The notes: generated by a model from the sequence alone, not told the origin. DNA of 64,000 nucleotides from Camelus ferus (GCF_009834535.1 NC_045707.1:57352001-57416000); one strand, 5' to 3'. Positions 14,611 to 28,028 are shown, counted from the first letter of the stretch. Made by a program: numbers and translations.

Positions 14611-14783
14611 TATAAGTAACAGTGTTATTAGAATCCCCATGGTGTACCTTGACAAGCCATATCACTGATTCTTAGCATGGTTTCACATTATATCACTGGG
14701 GAGCTCTGAAGGTCCTGATGCCCAGGCCATATCCCAGAACAGTGAAATCAGAAATATATGTAGATAGGATCTAGGTATCTTGT

Positions 14784-14837
14784 GTTTTGTTTTGTTTTGT
14801 TTTGTTTGTTTTGTTTTGTTTTGTTTTGTTTTGTTTT
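14784..14837. repeat. (GTTTT)n simple repeat inside a MER5-like element (about 14665-14885)
   Basis: Read directly; flanks are ctgatgcccaggcc...gaaatcagaa and cccaggtgattcc...agccaaggctgaaaaacact. Confidence 0.85.
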
Positions 14838-15109
14838 CAGTTCACCCAGGTGATTCCAGTGGATAGCCAAGGCTGAAAAACACTCTTCCCTATCATTTAA
14901 AAGCTCTCCAGATAATTCTGATGGTCAATGAGAATTACTGAGAGAGATATCCTGGTAAATGGAATAGAGGTTAATCTTTATTGAGAGACATATGATTAAG
15001 ATCTCGGCCTCTGACCAAGAAATCCTGCAGAGCACAGGGATGTTATACAAGTACTGAATGTTGAAGGGAAAAGCTGCTAAAAGAAAAGCTATTATTGGAA
15101 TAAAAATAA

Positions 15110-15330
15110 AAGGTACAGGGTTACAATCACTTAGATCCAGACTCCAAACCCAGATCCCCTATTTGTTAATGAGATCCTTAAACTCTCTATAAGCCTCAAT
15201 TTTCTCATTGGAAAATGTGGATATTGACTACCACATAAAGTTGTTATAAGGATAAAAGGGGCTAAAATATGTAAAGCTCTCAGCATACAATGACTCCTAC
15301 GTCATAAACCTTAAGTAAAAGTTTATTGTT
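15110..15330 (+). mobile_element. MIR
   Basis: cttaaactctctataagcctcaattttctcattggaaaatg...gttgttataaggataaa...atgtaaagctctcagca. Confidence 0.7.
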
Positions 15331-16359
15331 ACGGTCGCTTTTAGAAGTGAGGATTAATGGGAAGCAGGGTGTGAGGGAAAGTGAGGGGGCAAAGGTAATA
15401 CCAAAGTATTTTGTTTAGATAATGGGATAGATGGTAGAGGTATGAACTTGAGAGTCGGCAGACAAGAGTCTGTCTCAGGAAAAAATTCTGACGTCTTCTT
15501 GTTTTCATCGTGTTTGTCAAGCAGCCTCCACAGTCCTTATCTAATACTCCTTCTAATCTTAGCTATCCTAGTAAACCCAGACTTCTGTGCTAGTAACCAG
15601 CTTTTGTAGAATATTTCCATAAAATAAGTATATGGAGATTCTCAATAAGAACCTTGAGGGGACTCATAAATAAACTACACACTACTTAACTGCAGTCATT
15701 TTAAGAATGAGCGTTTTACTTACAGGCTTCTTTCGCTTCTTTCTAGATCTTGGCCTTGCAGATTTCTGGTATTTTTGTAGAGCTAAGGGGAATCAGAATT
15801 TCATTTGAAACTCGAGTCTAACATCCAGCTTATCGCTCAACCCATCTTTGTTTGCAGCACCAGCTAGGCCTGGGTTGAAGGGATCTGATCTCTCCCACCT
15901 TTGGTTTTTAGACTTCTTTTGGCTTTTACTAACTGCTGTATCCCCTGTGACCTCACACGGCTGGATTCCCGTGGGTGGGTGCCAGCAAAATGGTTCAAGC
16001 TCCAGTGGCACTGCTCTCCAGTTCTCTCCCTCTGAACAGACAGGCACAGAGGACAGGCTGATCACCAAATCTGCTGCCTGTGCACCCAGGAAAGGGAGTC
16101 TGGTCTCCCTGTGCGGGCACCCCCAACAGCTCCAGTCGGTTCTGTTTGGTACACTCCTTGCTTAGTTAATGGAAGAGAAGCCAAAGACTTAGTATGCTGT
16201 CCAGAGTTAGTGACTTAACAATTCTTCACGAATTTTCTTTCATCTCACAATTACCTCTTAATAAGGACTGGGAAAAGGCCAATAGTGTAACCTAATAGGG
16301 CTAGTGCAGCTTAATAAGTCTTAATGGGGTGGGGGTCTAGTTTCCTTGATAGATCTTTT

Positions 16360-17395
16360 TTGAACACTATTTCTCAACTTTGGATGGTCATAGGAATCAG
16401 AAGCTTAAAAACAAAAACAAAAATGCTGATGACTGGATCTCTTAGAGATTTTGATTTAATTGGTCAGGGGAAGCCGGCTGGTTTTAAAACTTCCACAGGT
16501 GTTTCTAGTAAGCAGCCTTTGCTAGAAGCACTGTTTCGGAATGGGGCTGGTACTTAACACTAATTACTTTCGTTCATGGGCTTTTATCAATAATTCTGAG
16601 ACTCCCAGAAGAATCCCATTCAGTACCCTGTTACACAGGGTATCAGAGGATCATAGAACATGCAAGAGTTTCTGGAACACTGGGGCTGAAAAAAACCGTA
16701 AACTATCACTTTGTTCTCTGTCTCTTGAAGTGGGGTCTGTGAAGCAACAACTTGAGAATCACTTGAATCATTTGTTTAAAAGGCAAATTCCTGGTCCTTT
16801 TTCTCTTCCTTCCTGAATCCATGTCCCTCAAGTGCGGGTAGGGGGTCAGGAACCTACATTTTAATACATCTCCCCAGGTGATTCTTAGGCCCACTCATGT
16901 TTTAAAACCATTAATTTCTAGCAGAGATTCTCAGTCCTACGTGCACATTTCACATTGGGCTATAAAAATACCCATGCCAACTAGACCAGTGATTCTCAAC
17001 CACGGCTATACTTCAGCATCACCTGGAGGGCTTTCAAAAGCCCCAGACTCAGGCCCCACCCTCTGCCAATCACACTGGAATCTCTGGGGTGAGACCAGGC
17101 ATCCATGGTTTTAAAAACTCCCCAGGTAATTCCAGTCTGCAGCCAAGGTTGAGGACCACTGTTTTATATATTCTGGTTTAGTTCATTTGGGGTGAGTCTC
17201 AGACATTAATAACTTGTTGTAGTAATCATTTTGCTATATATATATGCTCAAATCATTATTTTATATAACTTAAACTAATACAGTGTTATATGTCAATTAT
17301 ATATCAATAAAATGAGGAGGGGGAGGAATAAATAAATAATTTTTAAATGTACCCCAGATAATTTTAAAGTGCAGCCTAGGGTAAGAACTCCTGAA
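16360..17395. mobile_element. Cluster of degraded MER5-like MITEs with an L1 3' tail (about 17205-17312)
   Basis: Repeated caggtgatt/caggtgttt/cagataatt motifs; the L1 tail ends atgtcaattatatatcaataaaa. Confidence 0.6.
16987..17161. mobile_element. MER5-family hAT-Charlie MITE, near full length
   Basis: TIRs CAGTGATTCTCAACC ... GGTTGAGGACCACTG; internal atcacctggagggcttt, ggccccaccc, ctccccaggtaattcc. Confidence 0.85.
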
Positions 17396-17604
17396 TAGTC
17401 ATTTTCAACTCTTCTGTACTTCTTCCAGTACAGTCAGTCACTCAACAGCCTTTAGCCTATAGGTTCAGGCTTGTATCCTTCCCCAACACCAGACCCAAGC
17501 CAGTCTTGACCAGGGTTGGCAGTCATCTGGAGGTCTGGTCTCATGAGAAGTTGTATGTCCAACTAGACATAGACCTCTAAACCCTGCCTTTCTAGCCAGT
17601 CTCA

Positions 17605-18920
17605 TTAATTAATTCATTATTCACTCAATAAATATATATTTAAACACCTAATATTTGTCAAGTACTCTTCAATGAACTATGGATACAGTGACAAATAAGA
17701 TATTGTTCCTGAACTCTCAAGAAGCTTATAGATTTGCAAGGGTGAAGGAAGGAGACATATATGCAAAAAGAGGTATAACAGAGTAGTAATTATTACCGTG
17801 GATGTGTGAACAAAGAACTGTGGAAACACAGATGTGATAACAACTACATCTGCCTTGGAGAGTCAAGGAAGGCATGTCTAAGGAGATGTTGTTTAAGCCA
17901 GGTCTTCCCTACATGGCCTAACATGCCTTCCATGATGTGATTTCTCTCTTCTGCCTCTCTTGCTACTCTTGTCCTGGTTTCAGCTTCGGCCATATTGAAC
18001 TTTCAGTTCTTTAAATTCCCCACAATACTTCAGTCTGCATTCATTTGCCTGGAACTCCCCCCCCCCCCTTTCCTCACCCTTACCTCCTACTTAGGGCTCT
18101 GCCTAGCTGTTATTCTTACAGAGTTCCTCCCTGACCTCCTGGATGATGATACGAGTCTTGGTTAGACATCCGTGTACTGGCCTGTGCTTCTTTTATAGCT
18201 CACACCCACTTAATGGGTATCTGTGACCCTTCAGGCCTGTAAGTGTCATGAAAGCAAGAACTCAAGGCTGTCACCATTACCACAGTGTCTCCCACGTGTA
18301 GCACTATGCCTGGCACTATTGGATGAATGAATAAATTGCATTCCAGGAACAGGGGATGATATGTACAAAGTCATAGGGACCCGTGGCATGTCCTAGAGTA
18401 GCAAAAATTTTGGATGGGCAGGAGAAGGTTTCTAGAGATTAGTTAGAAGAGGTCTGTTGTTAAGGGTCTTGTATGTACCCCTAAGTGGTCTGAACTTCAC
18501 CCTGTAGGCAGGAGGAAGCCAGAGAGGGTTCTATGCAGTGAGATCCATCACTCTGGGAGCAACGTGGAGGATGGACTTAAAAAGAAAAGCCATTTAAAGA
18601 ACAGTTAGGAGATGTTCCAGTAACCCAGGTGAGAAATAATAAAGGCTTCCCTGAAATAACGAAGCAAAGGGATTCCATTCAAAAGGCATTTTGAGATAGA
18701 ATCAACAGCACTTGCTGACTAATTGCATGTGGAGGTGAATGTGAAAGATGATGTTACAGTCTAGCTTGAAAGATAGGATGGGTGGAGATGCTATTAATGG
18801 AAATAGGGAATATAGGGATTAGACGAGATAGTTTCAGGAAAAAATATAATGTGCACAGTTTTAAACATGTTGAGAGTTCCAAGTACCCATTGGCATCTAG
18901 ATAGAGTCTTTTCTGCAGCT
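17605..18920 (-). mobile_element. L2 (antisense) interrupted by a sense L2 3' end at about 17910-18335
   Basis: Starts ttcattattcactcaataaatat...ggatacagtgacaaataaga; the insert ends tagcactatgcctggcactattggatgaatgaataaat; the outer element resumes at gcattccaggaacagggg. Confidence 0.7.
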
Positions 18921-19834
18921 AGAAATCCATAAAATTATTAGCTCGGTATCTTACTGATTGTGACTGTGGCTGGTGTTGTCCAATTGGTTATGTTGACTTC
19001 TAGTTTATATACAAAAAAGACAGACTTTTGAAATTGGCAGTGTCGTATTGATTTCATGATTTGTGCTTCTTTGGACCACAATCAGCAATAAATTGGCAAT
19101 ACTTCATGGAAGAGTCTCCATTAAAGCCACTTTTTGGTTATTTTCTTTAGCTAGATACTTACACCTCTGCCAACCCCACTCAGATTCTGAGGTGGTAACA
19201 ATTTTATTACAGGTAGCTATGCTGTTATATTTTTTTGCCATTTGATTGTGAGTTCAGAAAGGAAATGTGTTTTATTCTTTTTTTTAAGCTTGATGCCAAA
19301 TCTAACAGAAACAGAAGTTAGTGGATGAATAGATGAATGAATGAATTTATAATCTTGATAGCAGGGATATAGAATACTTTCTGGAACTAGTCAGTTAGGA
19401 ATTGAAAATCTCTATCCTATACATAAATGCCTAGGTGACTTTTCAGTGAATTATTGACTACAGTAACGGAGGTAGAAGAGATCACCGTAAGTATTTTTTA
19501 AATGGCCTTCATTATATTTTTTCTTGGCAATACAAAACTACCCTGGGAATTTGAAAAGTATGACTATAAAAGATTATGTTTTTTGATATATTAACCTTTG
19601 ATTCTGTCAAGTGAAAGGGAAGTGTTTCAGTTAGTTGTTATTGAAAACTCTTTTCTTTTTGGTACTGTCCTAGAAACTGGTAGGTGGGTACATGATCATA
19701 TTTTTATTTTAAGAAGATAACTTTATGAACTGTATCAAGAGGCTGGAGGAGAAAAAGTGATTCCAGTTGGACAGAGGAGAGGTGGAGATTAGGGTCTAGA
19801 ATAATACAATGAGAGTGAAATGGAGAGAACCAAT

Positions 19835-20030
19835 TAATTAATTCACTCATTTATCAAATATTTATTCACTGTGGTACACCAGACTCTGAGGATGCAGTGG
19901 TGAGTAAACCCAAGTAAGTTCCCACCCTCAAGGAGTTTATAGAAGGTAGAGGAGATGCATGTTAATCAAATCATCATACTAATAAGTGTAAAAATGCAGA
20001 TGTAACAAATGTGGAATGAGAAAAGGCAAA
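19835..20030 (-). mobile_element. L2 3' end fragment
   Basis: attcactcatttatcaaatatttatt...gaggatgcagtggtgagtaa...ccctcaaggagtttata. Confidence 0.65.
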
Positions 20031-20380
20031 CTGAAAAAAAAAAAAATCTCAGAGGTAAAATTGACAGGACTCATTTAGTTACTGGGATTTCAGAATCTAC
20101 CAAAGACATGTTCCCTGCCCTACTTTCCTGAAAGAATATTCAAACTAATTTGTGTGACAGAAATAACATATGAGAAGAAGATGTATTAAGTGACAAATTG
20201 TGCAGAACAGGTTTAAATGACCTTTTACCAAAAGATGAGATCAATAAGCTATGAATTGTAAATTCTGATTTCTGCAATTACTACCACTTATTTTTCATTG
20301 TCACCGTTCAGTTGGAATGATGGTACTTTGGTGATGAAATACAGTTTACTCCATGTCTCTCCTTTTTTATTTTTATTCAG

Positions 20381-20499
20381 ATGTTGCCAGAGCAATTGAA
20401 TTACTGGAAAAACTACAGGAATCTGGAGAAGTACCAGTGCACAAGCTACAATCTCTCAAAAAAGTCCTTCAGAGTGAGTTTTGTACTGCTATTCGAGAG
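20381..20499 (+). CDS. LIN7A: LIN7A coding exon 2 (119 nt, L27 domain): (D)[39 protein letters not shown]
   Basis: Acceptor ccttttttatttttattcag|, donor GAG|gtatga. Translation (g)AT GTT GCC AGA... matches LIN7A as recalled ([11 protein letters not shown] distinguishes it from LIN7B/C). The ORF track shows this stretch in the wrong frame. Confidence 0.97.
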
Positions 20500-21939
20500 G
20501 TATGACACTAAGATTTTAATAATACTTTTAATAATAATAATATTCTGCCATATGTCTTATGACTAGAAAGCATGTCTTTTCCACACAAACAGTAGAAATA
20601 GTTAAGATTATAACTACATCTTAGCCTTCTGTTTTTAACTGCTTAGACAGATGATAAAATATAGTCTTCTAAATTCTGAAGTTAGAACCCATTAGGATTT
20701 ATGCATTCATATATAAAACCAAATGTTAATCTTATGGTACCAGTGAAGTGGCTGCCTCAGCAGATGCCTGTGACATGTCGAAACTATGTAGTAGTCACGT
20801 GAAACCATCTGGAAATTTAGGTAGAAATAGTCATAATTAATAGGAGCTGAGCTTTTCTTAAAAGAACACTCAACTGAATCTTTCACGGGTACATCTGAAA
20901 CAGTAACTTCCTAGTGACTAAAGGTGTAGTAATCCAGACATTACTGTTTAGTGCAATAAATGGGAAATTGAACAGGTTGATATAACCTTCAACAGATCTT
21001 TATAATGCTTTCCTCATTTGTGTGGTTTCAAAAAGCCTGTGGTGAATCACGTGTGTGTAAAATGACTATTTGAATTTCATGTTGCCTTGGGTGGAATTGA
21101 CCAATTAATGAATTTCACTGGTTACAAGATAGTTCACTTAAGATATATACATACTACATTGTTTTATTCAGTAAGCCCATCGCGCCCTGCCTATCAGATG
21201 CTAAATAACAATTTATTAATTACAACCTAAAGTCCATATATCCAGCATATTGTCCTTCTAGAAGTCCCCAGCAATGACTGCCAGAGAATTTGTTATAGCA
21301 GAGGGCACACGCCTCTCAAGGGATGCTTGTATCAACCTCCCTTACTCTTTGAAACTCTACTTGTGGTTAAGGAATATTTTATGCCTCAACAGTTCTAGTG
21401 TGAATTGTCACTAAGTGAAAAGGACTCATGTGACTGCAGTAGAGACATACAAAACCTCTCTCACTGCATATTTAAACCAGAGCCTACCCAGTGCGGTTAA
21501 TATTTGGATTTTGCTGAGATTTGACTTAGACTGCTTGTGCTAAGTCTTTATCAAGTGAAGTTCACTACTTAATTTTTGTTTGTAATGAACATAGCTTAAG
21601 GAAATAATCATAATTCTAGCTCTAAGGTTTAACGTCTGAGTTTGACTAAAGACTCAAAGGAAATTTCTCAAAGTGTATGAATTCTTGGCCATTGGCTGCG
21701 CAGCGGGAAAGGTACACGATGTGTAGAAACCCCGTGGGCTTCCTGTAGTCACTCGGTAGACCAAAGCTAAATCCCCTGTACACTCTTTTCTTCCTTCACA
21801 GGGTGCTCCTCCCCTGAGATTTGGTGGCTGGCTTTTCATCTTAGATACTCTATTACCTTTCTGCTTTCCACAGAACTAAAGAATAGGAACCATCAAATAT
21901 ATCTCTCAGCTCACTGGGAATTTGGCTTGTAATCAATGC

Positions 21940-22860
21940 AAAGTCTCTCCTTTCATGGAACTTACATTCTAGTGAAAAAATGATGATAAATAATATACAG
22001 CAAAATATCAGAAAATGACAAGACCACAGAGAGAAATGAAGTAGGGTTAGGGGAGTATGGGTAAGGCTCTTTTAAATTAAGGTGGTCAGAAAATAATCTA
22101 ACTGAAGTAGTGGAATAAGTCTCACAGATACTAAGAGGGTGTAGTATTCCAGGCAGAGGAAACCACAAGTGCAAAAACCCAGAGGCAAGAATGACCTTAA
22201 TCCGTAGAAGGAACAACCCAATAGCCAGTTACACCTGCAGTGAAATAAGGAAGGTAGGTTGCTTAGAAGCAGTGGGAGAGAGGATCACATAAGGCCTCTC
22301 AGGCCGTGGTGCAAACATTAGATTCTATCCTAAGCATGATAGGAAGCCCTTGGAAAGTTTTCACCTGCCCTGATTAGCTTTGCAAAAAGGTTTCTCTGAC
22401 TGCTGTGAGAATACAAGTGTCTGTCCAATAGTGGAAGCAGGAGAGACCAGTAACAACATAAGGAGTTGGCCAAGTAAGAGATCAGGTGGTGGCAGCTCGG
22501 ATGAAGGTGGCAACTCGGATGAAGGTGGCAACGGTGTGAGTAGTGGGAAGTTGTCAGATTCAATATATGTGTTTTTGAGAATAAAGACAGTAGGAATTGT
22601 TGATGTATCAGATACATGGGTGAGAGAGAGGAGTCTCCATTGATTCTTAGGTGTGGGCTTGAACAGTCAGATGAATGGTGATGTAATGATTTGGGAATCT
22701 TTGCGGATGGACCAGTTTGGAGAAGACTATCCAAGACCTCTGTCTGGACGTAGTAAACTGATGATGCTTTTCAGACATCCAAGGAGAGCTGTCCAGCAGG
22801 CATCTTAAGTCTGAAGTTCAGAGGAGAAGCTGGTGCTGGAGATGTAAATACTTTACAGCT
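21940..22860 (-). mobile_element. L2 fragment
   Basis: ttcatggaacttacattctagt...attccaggcagaggaaaccacaagtgcaaa...cagacatccaaggagagctgtccagcaggc. Confidence 0.8.
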
Positions 22861-24827
22861 CAGATAAACACACAAGCCTTTTTCTTTAAAGAGTTTGCTA
22901 AGGAAAAAAGAGAATGAGAATTTAAAAAAAAAAAAAAAGCAAAGAAATATGGAGAGCTTATATAGGTATTATAAATATATTTTACAAACTCTGTCACTAT
23001 GTGTGTCATTAACGGTCCATGGAAATCTATAACTATAAGCAATCCAAAAATTTCAGAGAAAGAAAAGATGACATATCTACCTTACATTTTATAAGGTAGA
23101 TAAGATTAATAAGATTACCTTTATGTTCAGAGTAATGGTCTTAGTAATAATTTTGTTCTTAAAGGCAATACATGTTACATAGAAATTGATTTGGTCCCTT
23201 CATCTTGGCTCACATTTCATACCCATTGCATGGTGTTGTTTATTTTTGTTAGGTTTGGAATTTTTATTATTCTTACAGTGTTGTTTTACATACACTGTGG
23301 GAAGTAGTGATAAAAGTAAGCCAGTGTGTCTACAACAAATCTGAATCATAGAATAATATTTTGAATCCATCTAGTGAAAAGGTCTTCAATAAAAATGTAA
23401 AGGATAAATACATGTGGCCAGACAGGTGAACCCATAAGCCAGTAAAGAAAAACACAACTTAGAAGTATGAAGCTGTTTGATGATAAATACCTGAAAATTG
23501 TTTTATTTCACTCCTAGTCTCTTGGGTACTGATTGTTAGGCTGGTCTGAAACCTTTGAAGTTTTTTGTCTCTTATTCAGATAACGTGCAGAATCTCTGGT
23601 GTTAAGTTATTTGGGTTTTCAGAAATATTTGCCAGGTAATACTTTCCAGTGTGAAAGTTGTCAGTGTTGTCATGACAGGTGGAGAAATGAACAAGAACTA
23701 CGGAGGTGTCGTTCTTAGTTGCACTCCCCAGAGCAAGAGCCAGGTACAGGTCACACCCTTGCCAACAAGACTACAAAGGCCAAATTATGCTTAAAAAGAA
23801 AGCAGGGCAAGCCAAGCTATTGCTAATTATTATTATTATTATTTGCAATACATAAGAGTGACTGCAGTTGCTGTTTCGTGTTGAGCACACCCATATTTTG
23901 CTTCACATTTGGATGAAACCACTGAATCACCTCCTGGCATACGTGCAGCAATTATAGGAAGAGAATAGTAAAATTTTACTTTGTTTTTTAATGAAGAGAG
24001 ATTAGAAGAGATTAGGTGTTTTCTCTACTTAATTATTTCTCTGTAATCTGTAATAAAGACTGAAAATTTTTGTGTTCAGTACTAAAGCAAGACCGTCTAT
24101 GTATACCACTAAGAAAGGCATCGATATGTTATCAAGTTGCCCTTGAATGACAATCCACACCCAGTTTTATCTGCAGAATACAGATAGTAGTTGGCAATAC
24201 TTATCTTGATTGTGTGTGGTTTTTTTAGTGGTGGTGGTTTTGTTTTGTTTTTTTTTGCCCAATGGTCTTAAAGAATGTGGTTAATAATTAAATTGCACCT
24301 ATGTGGTGCAAGTAATTTTGGAGTGCATGGCAGAGACATGATACTGCTTTTCCAAAGTGAGAGACACTGGCTGATAGAAGAAAGCTCACACAAATTTTTG
24401 AATGAGAGATAAAATTGAAACATTTAGGGTACTGATATTTCTGCTAAAAGCCAATTCTGCAATTTTAAGTGGCTTCCTCAAGTTTTAGTTCATCACTGTA
24501 TGAATTAGCTTGAATGACCCAAACTTACAAATCAAAATATAAGGAAAAATAAAGATTGAAATATAAGGATTATAAAATGTTGATTTTTGGATAAGAGAAT
24601 TTCCTAAGAGAATTAAATTGCTCAATTGCCAAGAGATGGGCTTTTCCCCAACACTTTATATTCTCAGTGCCTTGGAGAAAGAAGTCAATAGTATATGAAT
24701 GGTCATATTTTAAGAGGACATCCAATTTCTGCACCAGAATACAAGGAAATTCTTTCTAAAACTAAAATAATAAAAAATAGAATTAGCCATCTGTTCACTA
24801 TCATTATCTCCATAGAAACTATCATTC

Positions 24828-25225
24828 TGTGATGGTGGATTGTTGAAAAGTTTTCCATTTCTCCTCTCCTTCTTAGCACATGTTACAGTTGGATTTCTCC
24901 ATCCTCCTTAAGGCTACGTGTGATTATGACAACCGCTTTGGTTAAGGAATTGCGTGTGGAAGTGATGTGTACCACTTGCTTGGGGAAGCCTTTGAGTCAG
25001 TGCATTATTTGCTGTGTTCCCTTTCCTTTGCCTTGTGACTGGTGATGTCTTCTATGATAAATGATCAATCAGCCTGGATTGCAGAGTGCGAAAATGAGAA
25101 TTATAAGCTTTAGCCAACTTTTAATAAACATGTAGTTTCAGTAAGAAATAAGTCTTTGTTACTATAAGCCCCCAAGATGTTGGGGTTATCATACCACAGC
25201 AAAACCTAAGCTGTCCTGACCGATA
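24828..25225 (+). mobile_element. MLT1 (MaLR) solo LTR, MLT1J-like
   Basis: tgtgatgg start; ggaagtgatgtgtaccactt; aagaaataagtctttgttactataagcc...cacagcaaaacctaagctgtcctgac. Confidence 0.75.
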
Positions 25226-25769
25226 ATAAAACAGTCATCAAGCCAAATTTACCTTAGAAAAAGGTTAAAAGCAGTAACAAGCTTTTTACTGCTGTAAAAC
25301 CAAATTAATTTTTAAGAACAATGTTGTATTTTCAGTAGGCTGTGGCATATCTTCTTAAAACTATGTGAAATTGTTTTTTGATATAAGTTCTAATGCCCAT
25401 TAGGTGGTTCATAAATTTTTAAATTTTGAGACACTTTGGTCATAGATTTTGTTTGCTTCTAGATTATCTCCCATTTGCCCCTACTCTCATTTTTTTTTTT
25501 TCCTTTCTGAGGATGGAGGTCATTAACCCTCCAATCCTACCTCCCACCCCATCCCAGCCTCACATCATTTCTTTATAAAGGTATAATCAAGATAGAAGAA
25601 ATAATTGGAATATATCAGTCTGCTATTCAAGTGCTCTCAGTCTCCGATGAGATTTTTTTCCTGGAGGAATCTGTAGATTGGGAATTATCACCACAATGTC
25701 TCCCACCAGTAAAATGTGGGAAATGTCACTGTGAGACATTCTGTCATTTGAGAGGGAGCAGCAAAGTCA

Positions 25770-25980
25770 CTAGATCAGCATTGGAGTCAAGTGCACCAGT
25801 GTCCAAATCCCAACTTAGCTACTTATTTTTCACCTCTCTTAAATTTTATTTGTCAGTTTTTAATAGTGGGTGTAATACTACATCAGTCTTGAGGTGACTC
25901 AGATCGTTAGAGATCATATATGTAAAGCCACCTAGTACAGAGTCTAGCAGCTAATAATTATACAATCGAGGGCTATTATT
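25770..25980 (+). mobile_element. MIR
   Basis: ttggagtcaag...tccaaatccc...atatgtaaagccacctagtacagagtctagca. Confidence 0.55.
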
Positions 25981-26379
25981 ATGAAAGCATAGGGTCCCAG
26001 TTATCACTAGGTATAATGTATTGGTAAGTCAGGTAATGGATAACAGATGGGAAGAGAAATGGTAGTTTCCATAGACTAGATCTAAGAAAGCCCATAAGAC
26101 TAACAGACATATTCATTGCCTCGCCATCATTCATTAAAACAAAATAAATCGAGCTATTGCACCCTAATTCCACAATTGTATGGGTCATAGCATTATGACA
26201 CAAGTGCTTGTTCTTGATGCTGTTCTGTGCATCGTAATTTCTTTTGTGGACAGAAACACAGATGGCAAATGTAATTAGTTTTATGAAAAAGCTAATGATT
26301 GGTTGTTTGATAGAATATAGATCTCTAATTACCTTAAGAAAACATATACTTGGATCAGTAGTGACAAGATGAAATGAAA

Positions 26380-26505
26380 CAAGGATACATGGAAGGAGAA
26401 AGAAGAATTGGAGGAAGGGAAAGAGAATAAAGGAAGGTAGAAAGGGAGAGAGGGAAGGAAGGAAGAAAACGCAAGAAAGGAAGAGAAAAAAAAAGAAGGA
26501 AGGGT
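26380..26505. repeat. Purine-rich (GGAA/GA) low-complexity tract
   Basis: Read directly from the sequence. Confidence 0.7.
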
Positions 26506-26559
26506 GGTTGAAGCTGAATCATGGTATAATGCATTATAATGGAAAGAAAAAACAGTAGA

Positions 26560-26790
26560 TGGAGAGCGAAAGAACATTGACAATGGATTCAAATCCTTGC
26601 TTGGCCACTTAAGTGTTCTTGTGAAAGTTACTTAACCTCTATGATCTTGGTTTGGTAGATCCTTTTTCTTTTAACATTAAATAACAAATCTACAGGACTG
26701 TTGGGAAGATTAGATCAAATGAGATAAAAAGTGTAAAATAACCTTAACTAATATAGTCCCTAGCTAAGAGAGTAAGTAGTTGGGAAATGG
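26560..26790 (+). mobile_element. MIR
   Basis: ggattcaaatcc...ccactta...aagttacttaacctct...gttgggaagattagat. Confidence 0.65.
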
Positions 26791-27922
26791 TACCTATTCT
26801 GCTGAAAAATTTAGTGGTTTAGTGATGACACAAAAATTTTAATATGTTCTAATAGAAATATTAGTTACAAATGTGGAGAGTAATAGTTCTGTAGCTATAA
26901 ACGTCCAAACAAATGTAGAATTTTTTTCTTAATAGGAAGCTCCACATTTTAAGAATGATGTTTACAATTGGGTGGTTTTAGGATAAACCAGTATAAGTAA
27001 GGAGTCTGTCATATGATAAGAAGTTAATAGCAACAGAGGTTAGTTGGTCATACTTCAGATCGCTTTAGAACAAAGAGTTCTTAACTTGAGGTCATATATA
27101 GGCCTTATGTTGTAGGTGAAGTAAGAGCAAATACATAATTTGTAATTTTTGTTTCCTTCCTTTTATGTGCAAATACTTTTATGGCAAAATGTGTTTTTAA
27201 TGTTTTACTTTGAACGTGGAGGGAGTGGCATGGATTCATTGTGTAAAATTATCATCCTTGTTATATAATGGCATCTAGAATAGAGCTATATTCATTAAAA
27301 TTAACAAAATGTATCTGACATGATGTTTATGCATATCTCTTTCTATTCATATTGAACTTAGCTTAAGTTGGCAGATGACAAAGAAAAGAAATCTTGGTGG
27401 CTCTTAGATTTCCTTTGATTTTATTTGCATTGCTAAATGTGCTGGGACACAAAAGCCAGACTGTTTCTTGGGTGGTAAGTTTCCTGCCAACAAGAGCACG
27501 AAGTCAAGAAAAGCTTATTTCTGAGCATCCTGAAAATACTTCACACAATACAGAATTTTTATTTTCTGCAGAAAAAGCTCAATTTTAAGAAGTGATAATT
27601 TGCTCAACATATTTGCCCCCAATGTGTCTTGAAACGTTTCCAAGCAAAAAGAACCATAAGTAATTGAAGAAAGCTTGACTAGACCGTGCAGTCAGGAAAT
27701 GTTTGAACTGGTGGGTTGTTCAGAACAACAACAAAATTAAAAGAGTGCCTCTGTTCACTTGATATAACCTACTTCTGAACTTTGGCATTTTGCATATATT
27801 TTGAAGCTAGTTATGGTGAAAATAATAGCTGTGCCCTTCCCACTTGGCATGCAATTGGGTGAAAGCCATGGCTGTTTCAGTCAAGCTCTGATTTTTATCG
27901 TGTGAATTCTGATGTCCTATGG

Positions 27923-28028
<106 letters not shown>

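Noticed and set aside
15793..16165. Overlapping 91-aa and 105-aa ORFs in a GC-richer block
   Set aside because: No homology recognised; higher GC simply lowers stop-codon frequency.
20381..20566. ORF starting at the ATG at the first base of exon 2
   Set aside because: It is the wrong frame; the AT completes a split Asp codon of LIN7A.
22330..22734. 134-aa His/Ser-rich ORF
   Set aside because: It lies within a decayed L2 plus an 18-bp tandem duplication.
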